64,000 nt of DNA from the NCBI GenBank assembly GCA_964467035.1, contig CAYXNX010000001.1, positions 51,373-115,372 on the forward strand, given 5' to 3'. Under the pieces are notes generated by a model. The model was not told the origin of the DNA and made no database searches. It saw nothing but the letters and a program-made list of their open reading frames with translations. Below, one piece after another: positions 54,800 through 64,000 of the stretch. Numbering within the stretch: position 1 is the stretch's first letter; every line of letters begins with the position of its first letter. A program made the translations under genes and the position numbers. Source of the stretch: Candidatus Woesearchaeota archaeon (lineage in GTDB: Archaea > Nanobdellota > Nanobdellia > Pacearchaeales > GW2011-AR1).

Positions 54800-57424
54800 T
54801 TATTTTTTCTTTTTAGATTCTTTACTTTTTAAAAAACTCAAACCAAAACCTATATCTTTCCCTTTGTATGTTTTCAAAGCATAATCAATTTGTTCTCCAC
54901 TCCACCTACTATTTTTTAATTTTTTCTTTATTTCTTCATCACTCAATCTTTTCTTCCTCGCATTTCTTATAAAATAAATCAAATTTTTAAGATTAGATTT
55001 ATCTTTAAATAAATAATCTTCATATTTTTCTTCATACCACTTTTCTAATAAATAATAAATCACCATAGTAACAGCAAGCAAACCCCCAAATGCTAAAAAC
55101 AAAACAAGCAATACACTCATACCCTCCTCATCCGCTTTATTAGTTTGATTTTTTATTAAACTCAAATCAGGAACAAAATACATTTCAGTTTTAACATCAT
55201 TTGCTTCAGCAAAAACAATGTTTGTATCTTGTGAAAGATTAACAAAGATTCCTGTTAAATCCACCATCTCATTCCCAAAAGAATAGTTTCCATTAAAAAC
55301 AATATTATCTCTATCTTTATTAATCATAAAATAACCCTTTTTATTAAAAAATTCTTTAGGAGAAATTAAAACATTAAACTCGCTAAAAACAGGTTCCACC
55401 CTATTTGGATATTGAATTGAATAAACTTTTCGAGTTATCTCAACATTCATATTATCTAAAAACCAAGAAACAATTTTTTCTTTAGTTTTTTCAGTATCAT
55501 TATAATTCCTGTCTCCAAAAATATCACTTACCTTAACTAACTTAATATCATTTGCATTTAAAGTTAATTTTGAAGTTCTAATCCGGGTTGGTTGAATTGA
55601 TAAAGGAATCTCTTTAAAACCAACAAGTTCTTCCATCAGATTAACATAATCTCCATCAGGTGTATCAGAACTTGAAACATATTTTTTATATTGATTTTTA
55701 AAATCACCCAAACTAGTTTCCAAGCTATTAAAATCCAAATCATCTTCAAATAAAGGTTTATAAGAATCAGGAAAATCATTATAAACTTTTTTAATTTCTT
55801 CAAGATTTGAAGTATATTTTTTAAGTGTAGAATTAATTGCTTGTTTAGGAGATTCAATATTTACCTCAAAAACTTTAGAACCAATAATTTCTCCAGAGCT
55901 CTTCAAACTTACTTTAACAGTTTTATTTCCTGTTGTTAAAAAAGTATAAACTTTTTCATTTTTTTCTGTAACTTCTTCCCCCTCCCCAAAATCCCAAACA
56001 TAACTTAAATCAGATTCATTAAAAGAAGGGTCAATAAAAACTTTAAATAAAGTAGGTCTAGCAGCAGAAACAGTTGTTGGAAATATTTGCCTTACAATTC
56101 CCAAAGGTTCTTGAGAAGAATAACCGACTGAAAGATTTTCTTCAGATAAAATCAAATTATCCCCTAAAAAAATATCCACAGAATAATTCCCCTTAGTTTT
56201 AGGCAAATCAAAATCTCCTTTTCTTAAATCAAAAACAGAAAGATTAGTTTTTACAAATGCAGGTGTTTTATCTAATTCAAACAAATAATTTTCTTCTAAA
56301 CCACCTCCACCCTGAACATCATAATCTATTTTCAAATTGCTTAAATCCAAATTTTGGTTTTTACCTGAAATTTTTAAAGGAACAATACATCCTGAAGTAC
56401 AATCTTTTTGATATTTTTCTTGTAAATATTCTTCAATATACTCTTCAATTACAACATTATTTTGTTTAGAAAAAGAGTCAGAATTTAACTTAAAATCACC
56501 CACTTCTGAATATTTTTGGGGAACAGCATTAATCCCATAACTTGCCACACCTTCTGGATTAGTAGTTGGATCCCAATGAAAACCACACCCTCCTCCAAGA
56601 TTAGCCGATAAAGTATAATTCCCATTAACCTCTCCATCTTTTAACGAAACACAAACATAATGCTCTGATTTCTCTTTATTTGTATAATCCATAACACACT
56701 CACTTTTTCCCAAAGAAGGATTTGTCAAATCACAAGTTTCTTTTAAATTTCCTTGATGATAAATATACCCTTTCAAATCACCTCCCTTAAAATCTCCCTT
56801 AATTCTTTCAATATCTGCACTTATTTTAAAAGCTGGTGCAACAGGTAATTCAAATTTATCACAATAAGTTTTTTTATCCAAATCAACTTGATATGGAAAA
56901 TCCCCCTCACTACATAAAGGGCTTAATTCCTCCCCACAATTTTCTTCAATATATTTATTATTAACCCAATTAACATTCCCGTCATCACCCATATCAATAA
57001 CCAACTGATTTTCACAAGAACTCCGAACATCACTCTCCAAACCCAATTCAAAATTATTTAATTCAATCCCTTTACCCAATAACTCAAACCCTACAAGTTT
57101 TTCATCATCAAGCTCAAAAGATTTTGAATTAAACTTTTCCCCCTTTATTTCATAATCCTCTTTACACCCCAAGGGTTCGCAAGTGTAAGTAATATTATTA
57201 GCATCAATAAAATCAACCACATTTATCTTAGAACTATCCCCATTTGAAAAATGAATTTTTAAATTTTCATTAATTCTATTATCAAAACTTATATTCAAAC
57301 TACCTTTTAAAAAATCTTCATCATAATAATTCTCATTAATTTCTCCTGCAAGATTTCCCGACTCTGCACTCACAAAAATAAAAATACATATTGCAAAAAC
57401 AAAAAACAAAGTTTTCAACCCCAT
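54800..57424 (-). CDS. large surface protein (874 aa), signal peptide plus C-terminal TM and basic tail
   Basis: MGLKTLFFVFAICIFIFVSAES; C-terminal TM. Confidence 0.5.
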   Translation of the reverse strand: MGLKTLFFVFAICIFIFVSAESGNLAGEINENYYDEDFLKGSLNISFDNRINENLKIHFSNGDSSKINVVDFIDANNITYTCEPLGCKEDYEIKGEKFNSKSFELDDEKLVGFELLGKGIELNNFELGLESDVRSSCENQLVIDMGDDGNVNWVNNKYIEENCGEELSPLCSEGDFPYQVDLDKKTYCDKFELPVAPAFKISADIERIKGDFKGGDLKGYIYHQGNLKETCDLTNPSLGKSECVMDYTNKEKSEHYVCVSLKDGEVNGNYTLSANLGGGCGFHWDPTTNPEGVASYGINAVPQKYSEVGDFKLNSDSFSKQNNVVIEEYIEEYLQEKYQKDCTSGCIVPLKISGKNQNLDLSNLKIDYDVQGGGGLEENYLFELDKTPAFVKTNLSVFDLRKGDFDLPKTKGNYSVDIFLGDNLILSEENLSVGYSSQEPLGIVRQIFPTTVSAARPTLFKVFIDPSFNESDLSYVWDFGEGEEVTEKNEKVYTFLTTGNKTVKVSLKSSGEIIGSKVFEVNIESPKQAINSTLKKYTSNLEEIKKVYNDFPDSYKPLFEDDLDFNSLETSLGDFKNQYKKYVSSSDTPDGDYVNLMEELVGFKEIPLSIQPTRIRTSKLTLNANDIKLVKVSDIFGDRNYNDTEKTKEKIVSWFLDNMNVEITRKVYSIQYPNRVEPVFSEFNVLISPKEFFNKKGYFMINKDRDNIVFNGNYSFGNEMVDLTGIFVNLSQDTNIVFAEANDVKTEMYFVPDLSLIKNQTNKADEEGMSVLLVLFLAFGGLLAVTMVIYYLLEKWYEEKYEDYLFKDKSNLKNLIYFIRNARKKRLSDEEIKKKLKNSRWSGEQIDYALKTYKGKDIGFGLSFLKSKESKKKK

Positions 57425-57458
57425 ATTTTATATAAAAAAACAGGTTTTATAAATTATT

Positions 57459-59483
57459 CTAAAATTGCTCATTTTTTCTAAAAGTTTTAACAAAGAAAAA
57501 ATAAAAAATCAAAGTTAAAAATCCTGCAATTACAAAATTCACCAAAGAGAAAAACGGCTCAACAGTCATTGGAGGACAAGGAAATTTAACATCCCCACTT
57601 TCGCAATTATTTTCAGAACTTTCACCATCTGAATTCCCATTTTCATCATACCACTCAGCAGTCCAGCTAACAGTATACTCATCTCCTGGCTCAACACACT
57701 CCCCAATTAAATCACCAACCTCAGTTTCACAACTCCCAAATCTATTATACAAATCACTACTAGCAGGAATACAATTATCTATGGTTTCAACCCAGCCCGT
57801 TATGGAATTACAACTACCACTCCCCCAACCACACCCACAACTATAAATCAGACCACATTTAATATGTGTTCCATTTTTACCCCCATCAGGAACTTCCCTA
57901 ACAATCCATTCTTCATCAGAATCATAACTACTATTAGCTTTCCATTCATCACCCACAGGATTAGACTCTTCTTCAAAATCATAACAACTAGGCGGATTGC
58001 CACCTGAACTACTACCATATTCTCTAATCGCTTGAAGAAGTTCTTCACCATCTAAATCTGAAGAATTTGGATGAGCATTATCCTTACAAACAGATCTTTC
58101 ATCAAACTCGCTACAAGCAATTTTTTGGCGAGGACCAGGAGGATCGGGTCCAGAATCAACAACATTTAAAGTAACACTACTCGATAAACCCTCATAAGAT
58201 ACCAATACCGTAGTCTCCCCTTCATCCAAACCTTTAAACACATTATCCCCTGCAGAATTATTTGCAACATTTGGCTTACTACTAGAAAAGGAGGCATCAT
58301 CAGTAACATCCTCCTTCTCTCCGTTTGAATCAATAAGCTTTGCTGTATACCTTTGAATTTCCCCTACCCCAATCCCAGAAGTTGGAGGTTCCAATTCAAT
58401 ATGAGAATCAACAACTACTCCTCTCCCCCCTTCCCAACTTAAAAAAGGATAAGACACCTTATCATCCTCATTAACAATATTCCAAATATAATTCTCATCA
58501 ACACTATCTTCATCCACCTCACCAATACTCCAACTACCAAAAGTATCAACATCCCTCATTTGATTTGTTGATTTTCCTTCACCACCATCACTATCATCCT
58601 GCCCCGATGTATCTTTATCCCAATATGAATTTTCAATTGTTCCCCCACTATTCCACCCAACCAACCCACCAACATAATTATCATCTCCACTCACCTCTCC
58701 AGTTGAATATGATTTTTCAATTGTTCTACTATTATACCCAACCAACCCTCCGCCTATTTTTGTTGAATCTTCAGTAATATCTCTTAACATAACTTCCCCT
58801 TCAGAATACGAATTTTTAATTGTCCCCGAATTTTGATAAACTAATCCTCCTGCGTCTGAAGCATTCACTATACCCTTAAAATAAGAATTCTCAATTGTTC
58901 CAAGATTAACACCAGCCAATCCTCCTGCATCATCAAAACCATTAACAGTTCCTATAAAAGAAGAATTTTTAATTAACCCTCCTCTCCCAATTGTAGAAGC
59001 TATCCCCCCACAACGAGCATTCGATCCGCAAATTATGTCTCCTGTCACATGACAATTTTGAATAATCCCTCTATTTTCTTCGCCAACCTGAACAAGAATA
59101 GCCAATGCTGCCCCATCATAACCACTTTCTGTTTCAACAGACACATTAATTAAATTAAGATTTTTAACTTCTGAATCAGAATTATAAGAAATCATAAGAA
59201 AGAGAGCTTTATTACCATAAGATTTTGCCCCTATTTCCAAGTTAGTTATATTATACCCTTGCCCATCAAAACTTCCATTAAATCTCTGAATTGGATTAAA
59301 ATTTTCCATCTCACTACAATCAATATTATTAACTAATTTATATTCTTCATATTGTCCAAATGTAGTTCTTGAAATACCTTGCAAATCCTGACAATTACTA
59401 ATCTCAGTAACAGCACCCACCCCGCCCACCAAAAAAACACCTACAAAAACTAACAAAAATAAAATCAATAAACTCTTTTTCAT
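57459..59483 (-). CDS. Cys-rich surface protein, paralog B (start at MKKSLL; track's upstream extension is probably not translated)
   Basis: N- and C-termini identical to paralog A; C-terminal PFFSLVNFVIAGFLTLIFYFFFVKTFRKNEQF. Confidence 0.5.
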   Translation of the reverse strand: MKKSLLILFLLVFVGVFLVGGVGAVTEISNCQDLQGISRTTFGQYEEYKLVNNIDCSEMENFNPIQRFNGSFDGQGYNITNLEIGAKSYGNKALFLMISYNSDSEVKNLNLINVSVETESGYDGAALAILVQVGEENRGIIQNCHVTGDIICGSNARCGGIASTIGRGGLIKNSSFIGTVNGFDDAGGLAGVNLGTIENSYFKGIVNASDAGGLVYQNSGTIKNSYSEGEVMLRDITEDSTKIGGGLVGYNSRTIEKSYSTGEVSGDDNYVGGLVGWNSGGTIENSYWDKDTSGQDDSDGGEGKSTNQMRDVDTFGSWSIGEVDEDSVDENYIWNIVNEDDKVSYPFLSWEGGRGVVVDSHIELEPPTSGIGVGEIQRYTAKLIDSNGEKEDVTDDASFSSSKPNVANNSAGDNVFKGLDEGETTVLVSYEGLSSSVTLNVVDSGPDPPGPRQKIACSEFDERSVCKDNAHPNSSDLDGEELLQAIREYGSSSGGNPPSCYDFEEESNPVGDEWKANSSYDSDEEWIVREVPDGGKNGTHIKCGLIYSCGCGWGSGSCNSITGWVETIDNCIPASSDLYNRFGSCETEVGDLIGECVEPGDEYTVSWTAEWYDENGNSDGESSENNCESGDVKFPCPPMTVEPFFSLVNFVIAGFLTLIFYFFFVKTFRKNEQF

Positions 59484-59504
59484 ACTTATCAAGAGGATAA
59501 CATA

Positions 59505-59512
59505 TTTATAAA
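59505..59512 (-). promoter_or_regulatory. TATA box for paralog B
   Basis: tttataaa 22-29 nt upstream of ATG 59483; same at 63047..63054 for paralog A. Confidence 0.35.
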
Positions 59513-59632
59513 TCTTATTAAAATAAATAATTTTATGAAAAATATCCAAAAATAAAAATACATATTCCAAAAACAAAAAACAAAGTTTTCAACCCCATAT
59601 TTTATATAAAAAAACAGGTTTTATAAATTATT

Positions 59633-62600
59633 CTAAAATTGCTCATTTTTTCTAAAAGTTTTAACAAAGAAAAAATAAAAAATCAAAGTTAAAAATCCTG
59701 CAATTACAAAATTCACCAAAGAGAAAAACGGCTCAACAGTCATTGGAGGACAAGGAAATTTAACATCCCCACTTTCGCAATTATTTTCAGAACTTTCACC
59801 ATCTGAATTCCCATTTTCATCATACCACTCAGCAGTCCAGCTAACAGTATACTCATCTCCTGGCTCAACACACTCTCCAACTAAATCACCAACATCAGTT
59901 TCACAATATCCATAATCATCATCAGTGCATCCAGTTATAGTTTCAACCCATTCCCTTTTATTGTTACAATTACCCTCACTCCAATCACACCCACAACTAT
60001 AAATCCGACCACATTTAATATGTGTTCCATTTTTACCCTCATCAGGAACTTCCCTAACAATCCATTTATCCTCATCAGCATAACTACTATTAGCTTGCCA
60101 TTCATCACCCACAGGATTAGACTCTTCTTCAAAAGTATAACAACTAATCGGATTGTCACCTGAACCATAAGTTTCAATATTTGAAAGAAGTTCTTCATCA
60201 TCTAAATCTGAAGAATTTGGATGAGCATTATCATTACAAACCTGATCTCTCCCAAAATCACTACAACCTAAGGATTGGGGAGAAATTCCTCCAACAACCT
60301 CCAAAATAGCACTACTCTCTAAACCTTCATAAAATGCATCTATTATAACTACTCCTTCAACCAAACCTTCAAACTCATTATCCCCCTCAGAATTATTTGC
60401 AACATCTGGATCACTACTAGAAAAGGAGGCCTCATCAATAACATCCTCCTCCTCTCCATTTGAATCAATAAGCTTCGCTGTATAATCTTGAATGCCCCCT
60501 TCATCAATCTCAGAATTTTGAGGTTCCAATTTAATATGAGAATCAACCAATTCATCATCATCTACAATTATTAAATGAGCACCACTGGCAAAACATCCTT
60601 GATAAGTTGCAAGAACTACTGTTTCTCCAACATCTTCTGGCACAACTTTATTATCCCCATTTATTGTTGCAATACTTTGATTCAAAGAATAGATATCTGA
60701 ATTATCAGTAACATCCTCTCCGCTCTCAAAATCTAAAACAGTAAAATTATCCGTTGATTCACTCAAACTTACATTAACACTCATCTCAGGAGGAACAAGA
60801 CCCAAATCATACTGGTTACAATCAGGACCCCCCTCCCCTACTTTCAATCTAACTGAATCACTCTCCGCCTCATCCCCATCATTATAATAAGCTACAATAT
60901 CAACTGTCCCATTACTCACCCCTGTTGCTTCATCCCCATTTATTGAAGCAATTGAACTATTACTACTGTTTATTATTGCATAATCAGTAACAACTTGGCT
61001 AGAACTTCCTGAATAATAAGCAGTAACATTATAAGTTTGAAAATCCCCTACCCCAATTTCTGCCTCATCAGGTTTTAACTCAATGCTAGATAATTCATCA
61101 GTTCCCTTAGGAGTAATTGTCAAATCAGTACAATTCCGATGAAGAACGCCAGAATCATCTGTATAATTCGCGCAAACTACTGTTTCTCCAACACTTACCG
61201 GCACAACTTTATTATCCCCATTTATTGTTGCAATACTTTGATTCAAAGAATAGATATCTGAATCATCTACTACATTATGTGTCCTTATTCCATCAAGAGG
61301 ACCAAGCAAAGACTCATAACCATTAACAGTATATTCCCAATCAGGAATACTACCTAAATCAACACTCCTGCTTTTTGGTTCAATTTCTATATAATCCACA
61401 CTTATCGTGGAAGGACGAGGAGAGCTAGAACAACCACTAGTATCAAACTCACAAGTATCATCACAAGTTAAAGTTCCTCCTGTAAAATCATCAAAATCCG
61501 AACAAGTTTTTCCTCCTAACTCATCCCCATCACAAGCTTCTTTCCCCACATCTAGATGACCATCATTATTACAATCATAATCAGTACATCCACTAGTATC
61601 AAACTCACAAGTATCATCACAAGTTAAAGTTCCTCCCGAAAATCCAAAAGACTCACAATCTTTCCCATCTAATCGATCTCTATCACAAGCCTCTCCTTCA
61701 TCTAAAATACCATTATTATTACATTCCCCCGCTCCACTACCCAACACACGAAATGTCTGACTAGTATTAAAAACCCCCTCATTATCAGAGTTCAAAATTC
61801 CCACAAATGCCCTTCCTTCAATTTCCTCACCCACTTCAATATTGCTAACTTCTTCATCTCCACTATATTCTATCGCGTCAGAACAATCATGAGATTCATA
61901 TTCACAAACCCGTATATCCACATTATCCACATTTTCCGAATCCCATTCAACTTTAGGAATAGATTCTCCTTGCTCAATCTCCTCCAACAGATTATCCCCA
62001 GAATCCAATGCCCTTACATTAAAAATTCTCCCCTCCCCTTCGTCACTCTCATAACATCCACTAGTATCAACTCTACATTCGCTCTCACTTCCAGGACTAT
62101 AACAACCCAACTCTCCCCCATCCCAATCACCAATATCTTCACAAGAATCCATACCCTCCATAAAAATAGGATCCCCATTACTACCAAAATCACAAGATTC
62201 ACCCGCAAAACCAACATCTATATATCCATCTCCACAAGCACGTTCAACACAATCACTAAAAGAACCACCATCATAAACTATTTCTGGAGTTGTCCCATCC
62301 TCACCAGTATCTCCTTCGCCAGGATTCCATTGAACCCAATGATAACCCAAAGTAGGTTCCTGGACATTTGGAGATTGGTCAAAATCCCCATATTCAAGCA
62401 ATTCATTATAACCGTCTTTTCTCTTCAAACTTATATCATCAAAATAACACTCTCCCTCTGGCTTATCATTCCCCGAGAAATCATCTTCTCTTCTTCCATC
62501 TAACCTTAATCTTACTTGATATTCTCCCCCCTTGCCCTCAGGAATTCTTATTTCAGTACCATACTCTCTCCAATTTATCAAAATTCCCTCTACACCATTC

Positions 62601-63025
62601 TGAGCCCCTTCAACCCTTTCTGTCCATCCAGGAGAACCATCGTCATAATAATCAAGATAATTATCACTGTAAACATCCATTAAACAAGAACCCTTTTCTA
62701 AATTAGCTTTAATATTGCCTTTTAAAATATAAGTTCCTTTCCCCAAATTAACATCTTGGCTAACAACATTGTAATCATTTAAACCCTCACTACCCAATTT
62801 TAAAACCTTGCCAGGATGAAAATAAAAACACTCCTCACTCTCTTCACAATCATCATCATCAAAACATGGATCTGTGTCAGGAAACTCACTATCCGAATCA
62901 TCATCTCCCGAAAGCTGAGGCTCCTCCCCCCAAGTCCAAGGATTCCACCAAGCTCCTTGAACACTCCCCGCCAAAAACACACCTACAAAAACTAACAAAA
63001 ATAAAATCAATAAACTCTTTTTCAT
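59633..63025 (-). CDS. Cys-rich giant surface protein, paralog A (about 1130 aa)
   Basis: shares first ~20 and last ~100 residues with paralog B. Confidence 0.5.
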   Translation of the reverse strand: MKKSLLILFLLVFVGVFLAGSVQGAWWNPWTWGEEPQLSGDDDSDSEFPDTDPCFDDDDCEESEECFYFHPGKVLKLGSEGLNDYNVVSQDVNLGKGTYILKGNIKANLEKGSCLMDVYSDNYLDYYDDGSPGWTERVEGAQNGVEGILINWREYGTEIRIPEGKGGEYQVRLRLDGRREDDFSGNDKPEGECYFDDISLKRKDGYNELLEYGDFDQSPNVQEPTLGYHWVQWNPGEGDTGEDGTTPEIVYDGGSFSDCVERACGDGYIDVGFAGESCDFGSNGDPIFMEGMDSCEDIGDWDGGELGCYSPGSESECRVDTSGCYESDEGEGRIFNVRALDSGDNLLEEIEQGESIPKVEWDSENVDNVDIRVCEYESHDCSDAIEYSGDEEVSNIEVGEEIEGRAFVGILNSDNEGVFNTSQTFRVLGSGAGECNNNGILDEGEACDRDRLDGKDCESFGFSGGTLTCDDTCEFDTSGCTDYDCNNDGHLDVGKEACDGDELGGKTCSDFDDFTGGTLTCDDTCEFDTSGCSSSPRPSTISVDYIEIEPKSRSVDLGSIPDWEYTVNGYESLLGPLDGIRTHNVVDDSDIYSLNQSIATINGDNKVVPVSVGETVVCANYTDDSGVLHRNCTDLTITPKGTDELSSIELKPDEAEIGVGDFQTYNVTAYYSGSSSQVVTDYAIINSSNSSIASINGDEATGVSNGTVDIVAYYNDGDEAESDSVRLKVGEGGPDCNQYDLGLVPPEMSVNVSLSESTDNFTVLDFESGEDVTDNSDIYSLNQSIATINGDNKVVPEDVGETVVLATYQGCFASGAHLIIVDDDELVDSHIKLEPQNSEIDEGGIQDYTAKLIDSNGEEEDVIDEASFSSSDPDVANNSEGDNEFEGLVEGVVIIDAFYEGLESSAILEVVGGISPQSLGCSDFGRDQVCNDNAHPNSSDLDDEELLSNIETYGSGDNPISCYTFEEESNPVGDEWQANSSYADEDKWIVREVPDEGKNGTHIKCGRIYSCGCDWSEGNCNNKREWVETITGCTDDDYGYCETDVGDLVGECVEPGDEYTVSWTAEWYDENGNSDGESSENNCESGDVKFPCPPMTVEPFFSLVNFVIAGFLTLIFYFFFVKTFRKNEQF

Positions 63026-63104
63026 ACTTATCAAGAGATTTAATTATTTATAAATCTTATTAAAATAAAAGTAAAATTTATAATCTCCCAAAATAAATAA
63101 TTTT

Positions 63105-63401
63105 ATGAAAAATATCCAAAAAACACTTTTAACAACTTTAATAATTTCCTTAATTACAATCCTTTTAGCAATCTTTGTCCAGTTTAATGCAATTTCAAAA
63201 ATAACTCAATGCAGTTATTTAGACCCAATCATCATCGACATTTTGGCATTTTCAGCTGCTTTATTTTTAATAATCGAAGGTTTTGCAAGAATTTTTGAAC
63301 ATCCCAAAGCAACACTAAAAAGACAATTCACAAGAATAATTAGAATATCTTTTGGTTTTACAATTCTAACTTTGCACATAATTCAGTTTATCCATAAATG
63401 A
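63105..63401 (+). CDS. small membrane protein
   Basis: 98 aa, 3 TM. Confidence 0.4.
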   Translation: MKNIQKTLLTTLIISLITILLAIFVQFNAISKITQCSYLDPIIIDILAFSAALFLIIEGFARIFEHPKATLKRQFTRIIRISFGFTILTLHIIQFIHK

Positions 63402-63439
63402 CAAAGTTATTTTAAAAAAATTAACTTATCTAGAAAGTT

Positions 63440-63690
63440 AATAAATAAATATTTTCTATTTTCCCAATTTCAGTAACTAAATAATCCTCATTTGGAAATT
63501 TTTTAATCTATATTCTAAACTCTCCAACCCCTATTCTGTATTCATCAATTTTACCTTTCATTTTTTAATACCTACTTTTTCACCTTGTTTAAAACATTTA
63601 AGAATTTTTAAGATTTTTTTCTAATAAATGGATTAAATTTTAGTAACTGTTTATCTGCTCTTTTAGAAATTATTAAGTTCATTCTTCAAA
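63440..63690 (-). pseudogene. degenerate RelE-family toxin (frameshift plus in-frame TAG)
   Basis: reverse complement reads MNLIISKRADKQLLKFNPFIRKKILKILKCFKQGEKVGIKK* then KGKIDEYRIGVGEFRI*IKKFPNEDYLVTEIGKIENIY. Confidence 0.3.
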
Positions 63691-63943
63691 CCCATATTTT
63701 TCCTCAAGTTCTTCAAATGTAAAATAATCTCCTTTTTTATATTCTTTAATAGAAGCTTCAATATTTTTTTTTAGTTTCTTCATTTAACTCTAAATGAGCC
63801 TCTATTAAATTCCAAATTATTTCCTCATAACTTTCTTTAGGATAAGTCTTCATACTTTTAAGTAGTTCAAGAATTTGTTTACTTACCCTTATACTAGTTT
63901 GTTCATTTATTTCCTGCATAAATTTGTATTCAATATGATGCAT
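63679..63943 (-). pseudogene. antitoxin of the recurring family, frameshifted in a T9 homopolymer
   Basis: ORF ends ..ETKKKY*; alternate frame continues ETKKNIEASIKEYKKGDYFTFEELEEKYGFEE. Confidence 0.35.
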
Positions 63944-64000
63944 TTAAATCTTTTTCAAATCCCCCAAATAATCACCCCATAACAACAATCAACGGCTTCA

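Noticed and set aside
57848-62982. Numerous short ORFs inside or antisense to the giant surface protein genes (57848..58051, 58565..58777, 59935..60201, 60349..60561, 61117..61326, 61889..62503, 62014..62217, 62368..62706, 62800..62982)
   Set aside because: Nested in long well-supported minus-strand ORFs; compositions driven by codon bias of the true genes
1-64000. Alternative genetic code (e.g. UGA recoding as in some small-genome lineages)
   Set aside because: Gene ends coincide with TAA/TAG/TGA at sensible lengths and conserved proteins (aIF2-gamma, HsdR, helicases) are full length under the standard code

Overview
This is a low-GC (about 30%) archaeal chromosome segment, most consistent with a small-genome DPANN-type archaeon. 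The evidence is archaeal translation genes (aIF2-gamma, ribosomal protein S6e), TATA boxes about 25 nt upstream of start codons, an intron-containing tRNA, and a tRNA-Ile with anticodon UAU. The genetic code appears standard. The supplied ORF track accepts TTG/GTG starts in several places. The window is largely accessory. It contains: (i) secreted/surface protein genes at both ends, including tandem paralogous giant proteins with identical termini; (ii) a short housekeeping stretch (aIF2-gamma, S6e, UppP, PIMT) interrupted by a RelE-type toxin-antitoxin pair; (iii) a 9.8-kb island integrated at the 3' end of tRNA-Asp, flanked by 18-bp direct repeats, with a truncated integrase gene, a type I restriction-modification system, and uncharacterised genes wedged between hsdM/hsdS/hsdR, which are the best candidates for an undescribed defence module; (iv) a tRNA hotspot where tRNA-Asp, tRNA-Ile and tRNA-Glu are each followed by duplicated copies of their own 3' ends; (v) a toxin-antitoxin cassette array at 31.6-45.6 kb (five HEPN/MNT pairs, RelE pairs, an NYN nuclease, a putative transposase), separated by orphan repeat elements encoding a signal-peptide-like start, with a 415-bp direct repeat recording a Campbell-type cassette insertion. 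Unless marked as seen in sequence, function calls are inferences from motifs read by eye, not database hits.
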